The notes under the pieces: generated by a model
What the model was told of the DNA's origin: nothing
What the model saw: the letters and a program-made list of their open reading frames with translations, nothing else
Database searches by the model: none
Program-made: the position numbers and the translations under genes
In this document: positions 1-12,089 of the stretch, piece after piece
Layout of the letters: each line of letters opens with the position of its first letter
How positions within the stretch are numbered: the first letter of the stretch is position 1
Source of the DNA: Nemertoderma westbladi
Taxonomy: Eukaryota; Animalia; Xenacoelomorpha
DNA: 64,000 bases
Assembly (NCBI GenBank): GCA_032718475.1
Contig: JAUCBJ010008300.1
Coordinates: 1-64,000, forward strand
Direction of reading: 5' to 3'

Positions 1-332
1 CAAAACAAAAAAAAAAAAAAAAAAAAAAAAGTGAAGAAACCTAGAATCCATTACCACAATGTAACAGTATCAATAACCATATTTATTCTATGTAGATCAT
101 AAGAGAGACATCCTTGATTCATATATTATAATTTCCGAGCTGAAATGTTTCAGTGACTATAACTTACAGACTTCGTATTATGTACAAACGACTGAGTAGT
201 ATATATTAATATTAATGGGTTACCGGTATATAGAACGAGTGTAGACTGGGAGCGAAAATATATTACATACAATTTCGAGCAATATAAAATTAACGAGTCC
301 AGTTCGTCTCCCCTCGTGTCATTCGACGCATA

Positions 333-360
<28 letters not shown>
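333..360. repeat. poly-C homopolymer (28 nt)
   Basis: Uninterrupted C run seen directly; the exact length may be affected by sequencing error. Confidence 0.9.
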
Positions 361-363
<3 letters not shown>

Positions 364-1472
364 CTCCACGCTTTTCCCTTTACATCGTAGTCTTTCTTTA
401 AGTATAACTTCATTTTGGGTCCACCTTGGTGGGATAAATATTTCTCCATTTGACGCAACACCGCCGCGGCCGCTATGAGGGAGGTGAATACCGCGGCCGC
501 TCCTAAAGCCGCAGGCCCTCGCTAACTATATAGGTTAACTTGGGATTCTGGGGGACTTTTCGATGAAGGAACTGACCAATTTTTTTTATTTTCTCACCAG
601 GGGAGCGGCTCGGAATTCTAAGATATTAGCAACTCTAACATTATGAAATCTAACCCTTCGACGGACACGGCGGACAAAAAACCGTCATTTTTTCGACAAT
701 TTTAAAATTTTTTTGAAAGGCGCTCTACAGTGGCTCGAAAAAACCCTAGGTTATTGCTTAGCCGACGCCGGGATACGATAGAAGGGATTAATTAGTGAAT
801 TCGTTTTTTTTTTCAAAAAAGATTACCACGCCTTTTTTCCGAAAATGTCCGTCAAAGTTGAAAAAACGGACAAAATGACTTTGCGGGATCCGCTATAACT
901 CAGCTAATATTAATCGTACGGGGACGAAAGTAACGCGGTTGGAAAGGGGAAGAGTGGTACTACCTTCGTATCGAATGGGGGTAAGATATTTATTAAAATT
1001 TCGGGTGGAAAAAGGGGCTGTAAATTTGTACGTTTTTGTCCGTCTTTTTTGGAAAACTTATTTCCGAAATGTTTAATTCGACAACGCGGGTAGGAATCCA
1101 CTAATTCTTTTATGAAACTCGTAGAAGACCATTGGGGCTACGTTCCTATCGAATGGGGGTACAAAAAATATGTCGGCAATAGGGGCCAAAAAGGGCCAGA
1201 ATTTGTAAAGTAGTTTTTATCGAATAATTTTTTATTTTTAACTTTAGTTGGTTAAGGTACATTCTATACAGTCAATATCCATACGGGGAATTCAAATATG
1301 CTATCGGTGTTGCTCCAAGGATGATATTAAAAAAATGAGGGCCAAAATTATAATTTTGCGCTTCAAACTTGCTTCGCGGGAAATCGTCTAGCTCGAAAAC
1401 TACTTAACTTACGGGAGATTTGTTTACACAGACTTATAGTGCGTTAAATTATCTATCTAACAGCGTTAATCA

Positions 1473-1496
1473 CTACTACTACTACTACTACTACTA
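1473..1496 (-). repeat. (TAG)n / (CTA)8 3' tail of the RTE element
   Basis: A CTA trinucleotide run directly between the TSD and the 3'UTR; short tandem tails are typical of RTE. Confidence 0.9.
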
Positions 1497-3408
1497 GGAT
1501 CGGCATGCTGCATTGCAGCTGCATTTTTAAGAATGCTGTGCCGGCTTGTCAACAAAATTGCACCGCCACAACTCCCTATCACCCATGACATTTGCTAGAT
1601 CATCCGCATCTTTAAGGCCAGTGTCCTTTAAGATGCGTCTCAAGAAAGTCATGGGCTGTCCACCATGCTTATTCACTCCATGAGGCTGCCAAAGTACAAG
1701 ATTATGCACTGGCTGGTCCTCACGGCGAAAGCAATGTCCTGCAAAGCGGAGGCGATTTTGTTCTAGTGTCAAGCTTGGGGGAACCAATGAGACACCTCCA
1801 ATGTTATATAGTGTCTGGTTGGAGATGTGTGCATTGTACTTGACACAATGAACCCGGCGTAGCATTCTTGTGAATGTGCCATCCAGAGATTTGGTGTCCT
1901 CAGCAGTTAGAGCCCAGCATGGACTCCCGTAGAGGAGTACTGGAACTACTGCTGCTCTAAATAATCGGACCTTAAGTTTCCGATTAATTCTCGGTGATTT
2001 CCAAATCCTGGAAAGCCTATTCAAGGCTGTCCATGCCTTTCCCTTACGTATTCGAAGGTCCTCACCTGACTTCCGGATCCATGATCCCAGGTAACAGAAG
2101 TCGTCCACATGCTCAAGCATACCATCCTTTGAGCTTATGCTCATCCGATCAGAGACTTGCTGAGGACTTTCAAAGTTAACAGTCAGAATTTTGGTCTTTC
2201 TGGAGTTAATAAAAAGACCAACACTAGAAGCAGCATGTTCTAATGAGCTGAGGAGCCGTTGGGCTCCCTCTAATGATTCTGAGAGTACTCCTAAGTCATC
2301 AGCAAAGTCTAGATCAGTTAGGTACTTGGCAGGATTTCCTCGACTTCTGGAGCCAGTAGGTGGAGTTATCATCACCCCATCATCATTATGATGATCTAAG
2401 GACATGCGTAGAACATAGTCAACCACAATAATGAACAAGAATGGTGCAAGTGTGTCTCCTTGGAGGACGCCCCATAACACTTCAAATGGTTCTGTGTCAC
2501 CGTCAACAGTAGACACAAATGTTGTCGAACCATCGTATACTGATCTGATTGCTGCAATAATTTCATCAGGAATCCCATATAATGAAAGTATGCTGAACAT
2601 ACGTGAGCGAGAGACTGAATCAAAGGCCTTGAAGAAGTCAACAAAGATAACAGCCAGATGCCTGTCTTTCTTTTTTGATAATTCTTCAATTATCCTTCTA
2701 AGTGCCAAAATGGGCTCCATGGTCCCACGACCTTTACGGAACCCATTCTGATTTCCACGGAGCAGTCTCTCAATGGGATCCCTGATGCGATTTAATAGAA
2801 TCCTATTGTATAGCTTTGCAGCAATCGAGATCAATGAGATTCCCCGAAAAGAACCATAGAGTGTTAGGTTGCCCTTCTTGGGAACTGGCACCAACTTATT
2901 TGTTTTCATTTCTTGTGGGACTCTTGTTGTTCGGTACATGTCTACTATGATGGGATAGATGAGCTTTAAACACTCAGGTATTTTAAAGACCTCAGGGGGA
3001 ACACCATCTACTCCACTGGCACGATTGGTCTTAATGCTCTTTGCAGCAGCCTTCACTTCTGCAAAGGAGATATCGCCAATGGGAATATCTGGGAGTACAG
3101 ACTCAGACACTTTTACTTCTATAAAGTTATCAGGCAATACCCTGTCATTATTGAGGAGCTTTTCAAAGTGGGCTTTCCAACCATTGAGGCGATCGGCTGG
3201 TGATTCAGCCTTAACCTTGGTGGTTGGTTGGCTTTTCCGCCCAGTAAGCAGATTGATTGATTTCCATGCCTGGGATGATTGCCTGCTGTCGTCAGCATCA
3301 TTGATGGCATCAACCTGTTGGTTTATTAGCTCCTGTAGATTAACAGAGTACTGCCTGTTCAGGGACCTAGATGCAGCCTTAACTGCATTAATCACATTAG
3401 CATTAATC
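1474..3408 (-). mobile_element. 5'-truncated non-LTR retrotransposon (LINE), RTE clade
   Basis: RT ORF, ~30-nt 3'UTR, (TAG)n microsatellite tail on the element strand, and an 11-bp TSD GCGTTAATCAC at 1463-1473 and 3409-3419. Confidence 0.92.
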
Positions 3409-3419
3409 GCGTTAATCAC
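1527..3419 (-). CDS. RTE-clade reverse transcriptase (ORF C-terminal part; APE endonuclease lost by 5' truncation)
   Basis: Motifs QNGFRKGR, FVDFFKAFDSV, GVLQGDTLAPFLF, LDFADD, FCYLGS, LLYGSPCW and RLRFAGH. The frame is open for 630 codons. The listed start (GTG) lies inside the TSD, so it is not a real start. Confidence 0.9.
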   Translation of the reverse strand: MINAINANVINAVKAASRSLNRQYSVNLQELINQQVDAINDADDSRQSSQAWKSINLLTGRKSQPTTKVKAESPADRLNGWKAHFEKLLNNDRVLPDNFIEVKVSESVLPDIPIGDISFAEVKAAAKSIKTNRASGVDGVPPEVFKIPECLKLIYPIIVDMYRTTRVPQEMKTNKLVPVPKKGNLTLYGSFRGISLISIAAKLYNRILLNRIRDPIERLLRGNQNGFRKGRGTMEPILALRRIIEELSKKKDRHLAVIFVDFFKAFDSVSRSRMFSILSLYGIPDEIIAAIRSVYDGSTTFVSTVDGDTEPFEVLWGVLQGDTLAPFLFIIVVDYVLRMSLDHHNDDGVMITPPTGSRSRGNPAKYLTDLDFADDLGVLSESLEGAQRLLSSLEHAASSVGLFINSRKTKILTVNFESPQQVSDRMSISSKDGMLEHVDDFCYLGSWIRKSGEDLRIRKGKAWTALNRLSRIWKSPRINRKLKVRLFRAAVVPVLLYGSPCWALTAEDTKSLDGTFTRMLRRVHCVKYNAHISNQTLYNIGGVSLVPPSLTLEQNRLRFAGHCFRREDQPVHNLVLWQPHGVNKHGGQPMTFLRRILKDTGLKDADDLANVMGDRELWRCNFVDKPAQHS

Positions 3420-3824
3420 AGCGCTGGAGGTATTATAAAACTGGAGCGGCAGGCGATCGTGTGAAATATAATATTTATAAAAAGGGACGAAAAAATTTTT
3501 TTTTTAACAAATCGCTATTCCATTATAATTTAGCGTATTGCGCCAAAAGTACCTGTAAAAAGTATCAAATTAACTCCGCTATCTTTTATCTTAACATATA
3601 TAATTAAAATTCCGAATTTTAAGGGTCGAAAAATATCGCGTTATTTTGGCCCTTTTTTTTAATTATTTTGGGGCCAAAAATAACCCTTTCTCAAAAGATT
3701 AAGAAAAAAATTACGGCAAAGAATATACCAATTTTATTGAATTTGGACCAACAGAAGCGAAGTTAGAGCGATTTTAGTGAAAAAATAAAAATAATTTCTT
3801 TTGCAAAAAAATTAAGAATGGTCA

Positions 3825-3897
3825 GGTCAATATTGGGTTTCGAACCCACGAACTTAGGTTTCATTAACGTGATTGATAACCACTAGACTATGTGACC
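3825..3897 (-). pseudogene. degenerate tRNA-derived sequence (tRNA pseudogene or SINE head)
   Basis: The minus strand reads GGTCACA-TAGTCTAGTGG (A box) ... GTGGGTTCGAAACCCA (T arm/B box) ... TTGACC, with tRNA-like spacing. The anticodon and acceptor stems are imperfect. Confidence 0.4.
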
Positions 3898-4748
3898 AAG
3901 AGAATACGAAATTTTCGAGTGACTATTTTTAAACATAAATAACTTCGGTTCTACAGGGCCGTTTAATCTGAAACTTTTTTCATTGGATAGAGAATAGATT
4001 GTAGTGTGTGAAATAGGATACAACTTGGGAAAAGACGCATGTGCACTTAGTGCAAAATGCACTTAAATAGTGAACATTTTTTCGATATTTCAAACACTAT
4101 TATTTCCAGTTCTATTCATCGTAGAATGTTATTTTTTGGATTAAAATGTAGTTTGGAATGATTTCTAACTATAATCGTAACATTTGTTTAACTTTTTATG
4201 TCTATAAAGTGACTTAAAATGTCCATGAATATGGTCCAAAATCGCAAATCCAGATTTATTAAATTGGATTTTTGACACTTTTAGCAACTGACACTTGATC
4301 ATACACCGTAGATCGGTAGAGGATAAACATAAGTTTGTTAAATAAGAGCCACCATTACGATCTGCTGAAGTGCACTTGTACAAATAAGTGTGCAAAAGTG
4401 CAAATTTTTTAATAAGGTCAAATTATATAGTATTGGGTTCTTTTCTTTGCAGATACTTTATTTTCATATTAATATGTTGTTTGGCTCATACTGAGCGCAT
4501 TAGGGATATGCGTACAAATAAGCGGCCCTTATGAGGCTTCGATTGGGTAAATTAATAAAACATAAGGTTGTATAGTATAATATTCTAAAAACCAGTGTGA
4601 TATTAAATGCACTTTAAATAATAAATAGAAATCAAATAACAATTGGACCACACAATTAAAAACTCGCAAAATTTTGTACTTATTATATCGCTTCAAATTA
4701 ATTCAACAGTGGATATTTGGGGGAAGGGGGAAGTTACAGTGTGTATTC

Positions 4749-4797
4749 GGGGGAAGTTTGGTGAACTGCATTTATGCAGTGAATCCAAACTTCCCCC
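4749..4797. other. stem-loop / interrupted palindrome
   Basis: GGGGGAAGTTTGG pairs with CCAAACTTCCCCC (13 bp) and encloses ACTGCAT-TT-ATGCAGT. Confidence 0.7.
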
Positions 4798-5394
4798 TTT
4801 GATATATCATATACTTAAGACATGCGAGGGTGACGGGGAAATATTTGTTACTGTCACACTTTGCTTCCATTTATCCTATCCTTTATTATTACCCCAGTCA
4901 GATAAGAGATAATAAATCAGTAAAAACTAAACTAAACTGTCTTTCATTCAAACAAATTTCTAACTAAAGACGGGTGAATGACCATGACCATGAAAATAAT
5001 TTTAAATATAATTGTATATCAACTATTTGGGGAGGCTTCCAAGTTAAACCCGAAAACAATTATTTTGTTACATAGTAAATAACGTTGTATGTTCTTCTTC
5101 CTCTCATAATAAAATATAAATGAAATATCTCAGATCGCTATGCCCTGTAACATTTCACAACCAAAATATTTAAGTGTGAAAAGTGTAGGCCTACCACACT
5201 CCGCCCAAACAACCGCAAACGCATAGCCAACAAATTTAACAAAAGGTTACATACATGTTGGGTTCATGACGAGATGAGTGAAAATTGATCGCGTAATATA
5301 AAGTAAAAAATTAAGAGACGGGCTGGCTCTCCTCCACTTTCTTACCCAATGGATATGTTGTTGTAATAATCTAATATTGGGGCGGCTTTCTCTC

Positions 5395-6164
5395 GTTCAT
5401 GAATATAATGAGTATAATGAGTTAATGAATTTTGATTGCGTCGGAACACCCCCTAACTGAGGCTCTCAGAGTGGAGAGATAAGTAGCCTATCTTCCTGGT
5501 AATATTGTTGTGTTCTAGAATATTAATTATAGTTTCATCGTGTTGCCAAAGCGGCTGGCGCCGAAGTTAATATGTGATACAATAATTCACCTCAAATTTC
5601 TCAGCTATTTCATGAATATAATGAGTATTAAAGCCATGTCAAAATCCTAGGGGTTTTTCAGCAATAATTTATCAAAATATCCTCTGATTTTTTCAAAAAC
5701 CACATCGATTTTCATATTTATAACTTCTAACCCACTCCATGAGATAGAGAATCTTAAATGAAAGTCAAAAGAACAGGTAACACTGGTAACACAGTGAAGA
5801 GATAAGTAGCCTATCTCCCTGTTAATATTATTGTGTTCTAGAATATTTATTATAGTTTTATCGTATTTCCAAAGAGACTGGAGCTGAAATTAATATATAA
5901 TGCAACAATTCACCTCAAGTATCTCAGCTATTTCATGAACATAATGAAGTATTAAATCCATGTCAAAATCCTTCGGGTTTTTCAGCAATAATTTATCAAA
6001 ATATCCCCTGATTTTTTTCAAAAACCACATCGATTTTCATATTTATAACTTCTAACCCACTCCACGAGATAGAGAATCTTAAACGAAAGTCATAATAACA
6101 GGTAACACTTTCATTTATAGAAGTAATCAGCTGTTATTTGCTTCGTCTTTCCCCAGGAGATGGA
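5395..6164 (+). repeat. ~416-bp satellite, left edge (divergent monomers)
   Basis: Same monomer as the main array (GATTGCGTCGGAACACCCCC...CAGGTAACAC...GGAGATGG), with an internal-deletion variant near 5775-5795. Confidence 0.9.
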
Positions 6165-6694
6165 TGTGACGGGATCTACGGATCCCGGTTTATCCGTTGG
6201 GTTTTCTATCCACGCGTCCCCGCCGTGTGTGAAAGGTAAAAGAGTTCTGGTGTTCGGTTATATGTATAAGGTATAATAGTCTGATATATATAGCATAGTA
6301 TGACACAACAGGTAATATGAGTATGATGGCGGTAGCGGACGGTGACAGAAGTCCCCGTTCCACCCTACTGATCTGACTGAGTAAACTAAACTGATATGAT
6401 TACAGGTTACTGGTTATATTGCACGGTGGCCTTATTGCTACTCAATCGATGCCTTTCCCCCCTCTGATTGGTTGATACCCTGTTGGCACCCTTTGGAGTG
6501 TTTCCCTTCACTCCCTGTGTTCTCTCTCGGTTAGGGGTTTGGCCCCTGACCCTTGTTGTGTGTGTCTCCTTTGGGGCCTATTGTCCCCGTTTACTGGGCT
6601 GACACGAGGTTGATTGGTAATCAACCTCGTGCTCCCAATATTGCTTTATGGCTCACTCTATGGGTTCGTGTTAGCGGAATTGGATAAGCTAACA
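6165..6694 (-). repeat. 3' LTR of element A (530 bp)
   Basis: TGTGACGGG...GCTAACA, a direct repeat of 12277-12806; no differences seen by eye. Confidence 0.95.
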
Positions 6695-6703
6695 CTCCCC
6701 CCC
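6695..6703 (-). promoter_or_regulatory. polypurine tract of element A
   Basis: The minus strand reads GGGGGGGAG directly before the 3' LTR, preceded by an 11-bp perfect hairpin (6704-6732). Confidence 0.85.
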
Positions 6704-6746
6704 ATGCTATCTTCCCGGTGAGAAGATAGCATCCAACTAAAGTGCG

Positions 6747-7007
6747 CTACAATTCCGCTGGATCCCGATCTAGCATCGGGTGTGGGGTGGGTATATTTTT
6801 TCGGAGTCGGCTTTCCAGGCCGCTCCCTATGGGTATGATATTGCTACCCTTTGGCGTCTCGTGTCGGGCCAATCGTGCGCTTCTCTCACACAATTTTTGG
6901 TTCCCCAACACACTCACCACTCTACTCCAACTCTCGCATACTCCCGGACCTCCTCGTCCCACACTCTTCCTCTCACTTCTCCTCCCCCACACTTGAATTG
7001 CGCCCAC
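6747..7007 (-). pseudogene. possible decayed BEL/Pao integrase C-terminal remnant
   Basis: WSRVVSV...ERSARL...LDRDPAEL loosely resembles the W.LGRV..V...DG.VRS..V...L.RP..KL tail of BEL/Pao pol, and lies just upstream of the PPT. The similarity is weak. Confidence 0.25.
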
Positions 7008-7089
7008 GTTCTCTTCGCACTCTGCACTAGTTACTCCATTCTCTTGTCACTCCCTAAGGCTTTAATCTCTAATGCTACCCCTGTGCTAT

Positions 7090-8259
7090 CATACTATCTA
7101 CCTACTGCTTACTAACTCTAACTATCTAACGAACTCTGCTAACTACTAACTCTTACTACTTCTAGCTCTAACTGAGAGCCTCTAACTTTCTACTGACTCT
7201 AACTCTTTACTAAGTCTAACTAACTCCTACTAACTTTCTAGTTCTACTAACTCTACTTGACTCCTCTGAGTCTACCAACTCTGCTAACTAGCTCTACTAA
7301 CTCTACTCCACTAGCTCTGCTAACTCTACTCCACTAGCTCTGCTAACTCTACTAACTAGCTCTACTAACTCTACTCCACTCTTCTAACTACGTGGCGCTT
7401 GCGGTGCCCACAACCACCCTACTATATGGCACCCTATGTGCCCTCCCTACTACACTACTACCTCTCTAACTCTACTACCTGGCACCCTATGTGCCCTCTC
7501 TACTACTCTACTCTATTTCTAACTCTCTAACTCTACTACCTGGCACCCCACGTGCCCGTCTCTACTCTTCTACTCTCTGGCACCCTATGTGCCCGTCTCT
7601 ACTCCTCTACTCCCCCTTCACGTCTCATCACCTACACGTGACGCTCTGAGTGCCGGCAGAGTGGGTACGTTAATTATGTGAACTACTACTGACTCTACTA
7701 ACTCTACTTACTCTACTAACTCCTTTTTTTTGTGCCCGGCACCTCTTGTGCCCGGCACCTTCTAACTCTACTAACTCAACTAACTCTACTACTAACTCTT
7801 TTTGTGCCCGGCACCTGTTGTGCCCGGCACCCACCCTAATTAACATACCCTGCTCTTACATCAAACACATCATCACGCCCGTGCCCCACTAAGTTCAGCG
7901 CATTCCCTACTAACTCTAACTATGTGGCGCTTCCGGTGCCCACAACCCTTCTACTGCTACTACTAACACTCCTAACTAGCGGTACTACGTACCCTCTTAC
8001 TACTCTAGCTCTCTCTACTAGCTAGCGGTACAACGTACCCTCTTACTACTCTAGCTCTCTCTACTAGCTAGCGGTACTACCTACCCTCTTACTCTTACTC
8101 TTACTAACTCTCTCTACTCTTACTAACCGGTACTACGTACCTTCTAACTCTTACTCTTACTAACTCTCTAACGGTACTGCGTACCCTCTAACTCTTACTC
8201 TCTAACGGTACTACGTACCCTCTAACTCTTACTCTCTAACGGTACTATGTACCACCCTT

Positions 8260-8320
<61 letters not shown>

Positions 8321-8340
8321 CTTACTACCTAACTTCTACC
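7090..8340. repeat. low-complexity CTA/TAAC-rich minisatellite tract inside element A, ending in (TAAC)n
   Basis: Strongly strand-biased tandem units (CTCTACTAACT, GGCACCCTATGTGCCC, CGGTACTACGTACC) and a pure (TAAC)n run at ~8260-8320. Confidence 0.85.
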
Positions 8341-8371
8341 TACTATTATTTAATTATTTTCTTATTTTTAA

Positions 8372-11300
8372 TTAAATAATTATTTTATATTTTGTGCGTG
8401 GGAAGGGCGTCTCGCCCTCATTCGCACCCCCCTCAGTCCAAAACTTTGGACGACTAAAAACTCTCACGTGCCCCTTCTTCCAGTAGGCACTCTCCTGCTG
8501 CCCTCCTATACGTCCTCTAACTCTTCGCCACACTCTCTTCGGTGCCACCTTTGCTGGCCTCCCTCTTCGTATGTGCGCTGGCATTAGAGCCCTCGACGAC
8601 CCCCGCTCGTCCCTCGGTATACGCGGTGTCTGCCCATGTAATGCCCCCCCGCACTGTGTCAGCCCTGCGTGTGTATGCAACACGCCTCCTTCTACTTTCC
8701 CGACTCCTTTGCTCATGGACTTCTCTACCCCTGGTTTAGTCCTTTCACATCCTCTCCCTTTCCAACACTCTCCGGATCTGTGTCCTTTTACCACACATCG
8801 ATGACATAGTCCGTTTGCGTCTGTGTCGGCTACACGATCTCGTTTGGGCAACGCTTGCCAGTACTTGCAACTCCTGGTCTTATGGGTTCCGTCCCGATGT
8901 AATTGACATTGGAATCCTGGATTATAGCGTTTCCTGTATAGTCCTTCATGTATCGCGCTTAGGTTTATATGTACCGATTTAATGTTTTGGTTGTCTAGAC
9001 TCGGCCTACTGGGTATATTGGGATTGTGTTTATTTTTGGTGTTATTTTCTTTCTGTCCCTGCCACGGTGTGGCCCTGCTACCAGCTAACTGTGGACTAGC
9101 AGTCCCGGGTACGGCCGCGTGTGGTATTGACTGTCCGCACGACCTGTTCTCGTCCAAGGGGTTCGATGTTCTCGCTCCTATTGGGGTATATTGTCGATAT
9201 TGTGATGGGGGAATGTCACCCTGTCCCCCCCCCCCGGCCGGTATGTTTGGTACTGGGGTTTATGTTAATGTATTGGGGCCCATACATCTATCTCCAATAA
9301 CTCTCCCCTCCCCTGGATATATGTTATGTCCCTGTGTATTATAGTCATGCTGCTGTACCGATATAGGCCTATCTACTTCTCGCCTACCTACCGGTATGTA
9401 CTCCGCGACTTCCGGGTTTAATCCCGTCGTTCGCGCTACCCCATCGCCTACTCTATCTCTCTCAGCATGGCCTATAATAGTATGTGCAGTAAGGCCTACA
9501 GTATGTCCTGCAGTCTGCATGTGCCCTTCCGAATCGAAGTTTATTCTTCTCGAATCTCGAATCTCCCCGCGACTACCGTACTCTCGATCGGCAGCTATAT
9601 CACGTCGGGAAGTTTCTCTTCGATCCCCACTCCTGTTCTCTTCTTCGTATCGGTACATCCTGTACCCCTCTCCTGGCCTGCGGTGCGTTTCTCCGGGGCG
9701 ACGGCAATCTCCCGAAGTTCGACCCCACTGACTCTCCGTCTCCATCTCTACTGTCGACGGTCCGTTATCCGTCCTCGCACTGCTATCGTTCGTGGCGACA
9801 CTTCTTCTACTATCTTCTCTTCTTCTCTTTTCTGTGTAGTATTCCGGCTCGTGAGATCTCTCGTCGACCTCCCGGTTAAACTCCACTGTTCTTCTTCCCT
9901 CTTCTGATCGGGCTCGACGCATCGCCTGCCCTCTCGCGACGTCAACCTGCCTCTCTCTGCTCGATCGCACGCCGCTGGGGATACTCGCAATCCCCCTATT
10001 ACTCTCCGTCGCCGGTTGTTGCGGTTTACCTATTTTGGCCCGCGCATTATCCGCTGACGGCTGTGGGACACTCTCTGCCCCCCCTCTCTCTCTACCAATT
10101 TCTCGCGGTGGGGTGTCCGTAGCCCCCCCCACCCGCCACCTCTAACTTCACTATCTCTTACTACACTTCTGTGTCCCTCTTGTCGGACATTCTCTACCCC
10201 CCCTCTCTCGCCACTAATTTTATGTGGTGGGGCGCCCGTAGCCCCCCCCCCCCCCCCCCACTCGCCACTTCTAACTTCACTACCTCTTGCTACACTTCTA
10301 CACCCCTCCTGTGGGGCACTCTCTGCCCCCCCTATCTCGCCACTAATCTTATGTGGTGGGGCGCCCGTAGCCCCCCCCCCCCCCCCACTCGCCACATCTA
10401 ACTTCACTATCCCTTACTTCGTCTCTACACCCCTCTCTAGTCGACGCACTGTCTCTACTACGGCTGGGTCTATTCACCCCCGCCTCCCTCTCTACTACTG
10501 CGTGGCCCACCGGGCCCATCTCGGGTTGGCTCAACCCCGCTACCTCCTGCCTACCAACTACGTGGCCTACCAGGCCACCGTCTGCCGGGTTATGTACGTC
10601 CGACACGCTCACATTAATAGCACCATTCCCAATATTATTTGTTAAATCAATTAAATTATTAGAATTTGAAACGGAATTATTATTTAAATTATTTAAATTA
10701 CTTAGATCACTACTATTCTCTAAACTTAAATTATTATTCGAATTATTTTGCGGGTTTGAATTGAAATTATTATTTAGAGTATTTGTATTTAAATTTAAAT
10801 TACTACTACCCGGTAAAATATTATTTCCTGTAATAAAGGGATTAGGGTTATTTACTACGGTACTATTAATATTAACATTTCCTAACGTACTACTATTACC
10901 CCACACGCCCGTACGGCTACACCAGTTCTGGTTCTCTCGCCCGGTGTCTGTAAGTGGGGGCTCACTCTCTGATATCTCCAACCGCGCCAGTTCTAGTCGG
11001 CGCCGTTTAAGTTTGGCTTGATATTGCTCAAGCCTCCCTATCTGGGCACACAAATCATCCCGGTCACGCTCTTTCTCTATCTCTCTCTCTGTACCCTCGT
11101 AAACTTCGCTCGGCCGTCTCTCTCGCAAGCATATCAAACCACCTCGCCGGCTCGCTCTCTACTCTCATCTCCCGATCTCTTTGCTCCTCGGCTCTCTCTC
11201 TATTCTCCCTTGCCAACTCTAATAATCTGGTTTCATTCCTCAATTGCCACTCTAACTGTTCCTGCTCTGCCGCCGCCATTCCTAATTTACACTTTAAATA

Positions 11301-12089
11301 TTTATCCCGCACCCTTCTTTCTTTTGCGGAGGATGTAGCAGACTTATCGGTTGCGACGGACTCCCGTCGCCCCTCCGTCCTACTAACTTTCCACCGCTTC
11401 CCGGAACTTCCTCCGACCGACGAGACCGAATCCTCGGGTTTAACCTCGGATTCGCCCTCCTCAGGTCTCTTCCAACCCACTAATTTTATATCCTGGGCAT
11501 CGACTAAGTATGGCCCTATGTACACTACACTAGGTTCCACACCCCCACATTCCCATAGTTCAATCAGTTCGAAGGCAACCCCTCTCGCTCTCTCCCTGGC
11601 CAGTTCTCTCTGCCCAAAACGCACTAGGTGATCAAAGCATCTGTTCGACTCACCTAGTCCCTTTGTCATCCTGACCTCGTCTATCCTCGCCCCCTCCTTG
11701 GCCTCCTTTAGTAGTTCCCGGGTCGCGTTGTAGGCCCGTCGAAGTCGATCAGAAACCCCGACGTCCTCGTCGCCGACCTCTCGTCCGTCTCTCCAGGTCC
11801 GGCGTCGTACCGACGGCCCCACCGTCGCCGTTCCGGTGGTCCGTTCGTCGTCCTCGGCCTGTGGCTGACCGGCGACATCGGTACGTCGACCCTCGCTCCG
11901 CGTCGACTCGTCTTTCTCTTCTCCTCCCGACTCGTCTCCTCTACTCGACTCGCTCTCTCCTGGTAGACGACCCCCCACATCTTGGTTCGCCGTGTTGCTC
12001 GTTATTGACGTGGCGTCAACCTGCGTCGACGTGGTCGGCGTAGCATCGACCGGCGTCGTGGGTTCGTATCGTCTCGCCGTGGCCCTCAC
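8372..12089 (-). pseudogene. gag: interrupted BEL/Pao gag-like ORF (N-terminal coiled coil, Asn/Gly/Arg-rich middle, zinc knuckles)
   Basis: EVKPEDSVSSVG...SSAKERR N-terminal motif typical of BEL/Pao Gag; knuckles CQLHRDGTHKTRSC and CHRCVVKGHRSGEC. It is split into ORFs 12089-11064, 11137-10349, 10407-10030, 10132-9260 and 9157-8372 by frameshifts at CT/poly-C runs and by an in-frame TAA at 9260-9262. Confidence 0.7.
10060..10445 (-). repeat. three ~120-130-bp tandem repeats inside the gag-like ORF
   Basis: Unit encodes SEVRxGEWGGGGGATGAPPHKISGExGG; each copy contains a poly-C run. Confidence 0.85.

Larger units (their letters stand above)
361..4620. mobile_element. possible old non-autonomous DNA-transposon-like repeat that hosts the LINE insertion (boundaries uncertain)
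   Basis: Non-coding and A/T-tract rich, with internally repeated motifs (TATCGAATGGGGGTA at ~969 and ~1147; CCGCGGCCGCT twice near 465-500). No termini or TSD could be identified. Confidence 0.2.

Noticed and set aside
2-30. Poly-A tail of a retroposed element
   Set aside because: It lies at the window edge; no element body or TSD is visible.
150-461. 103-aa Gly-rich ORF
   Set aside because: The poly-Gly is simply the poly-C tract, the start is non-ATG, and there is no other coding signal.
1994-3438. Plus-strand ORFs overlapping the RTE RT (and similar antisense ORFs over both gag regions)
   Set aside because: They are antisense shadows of real coding frames with no independent motifs.
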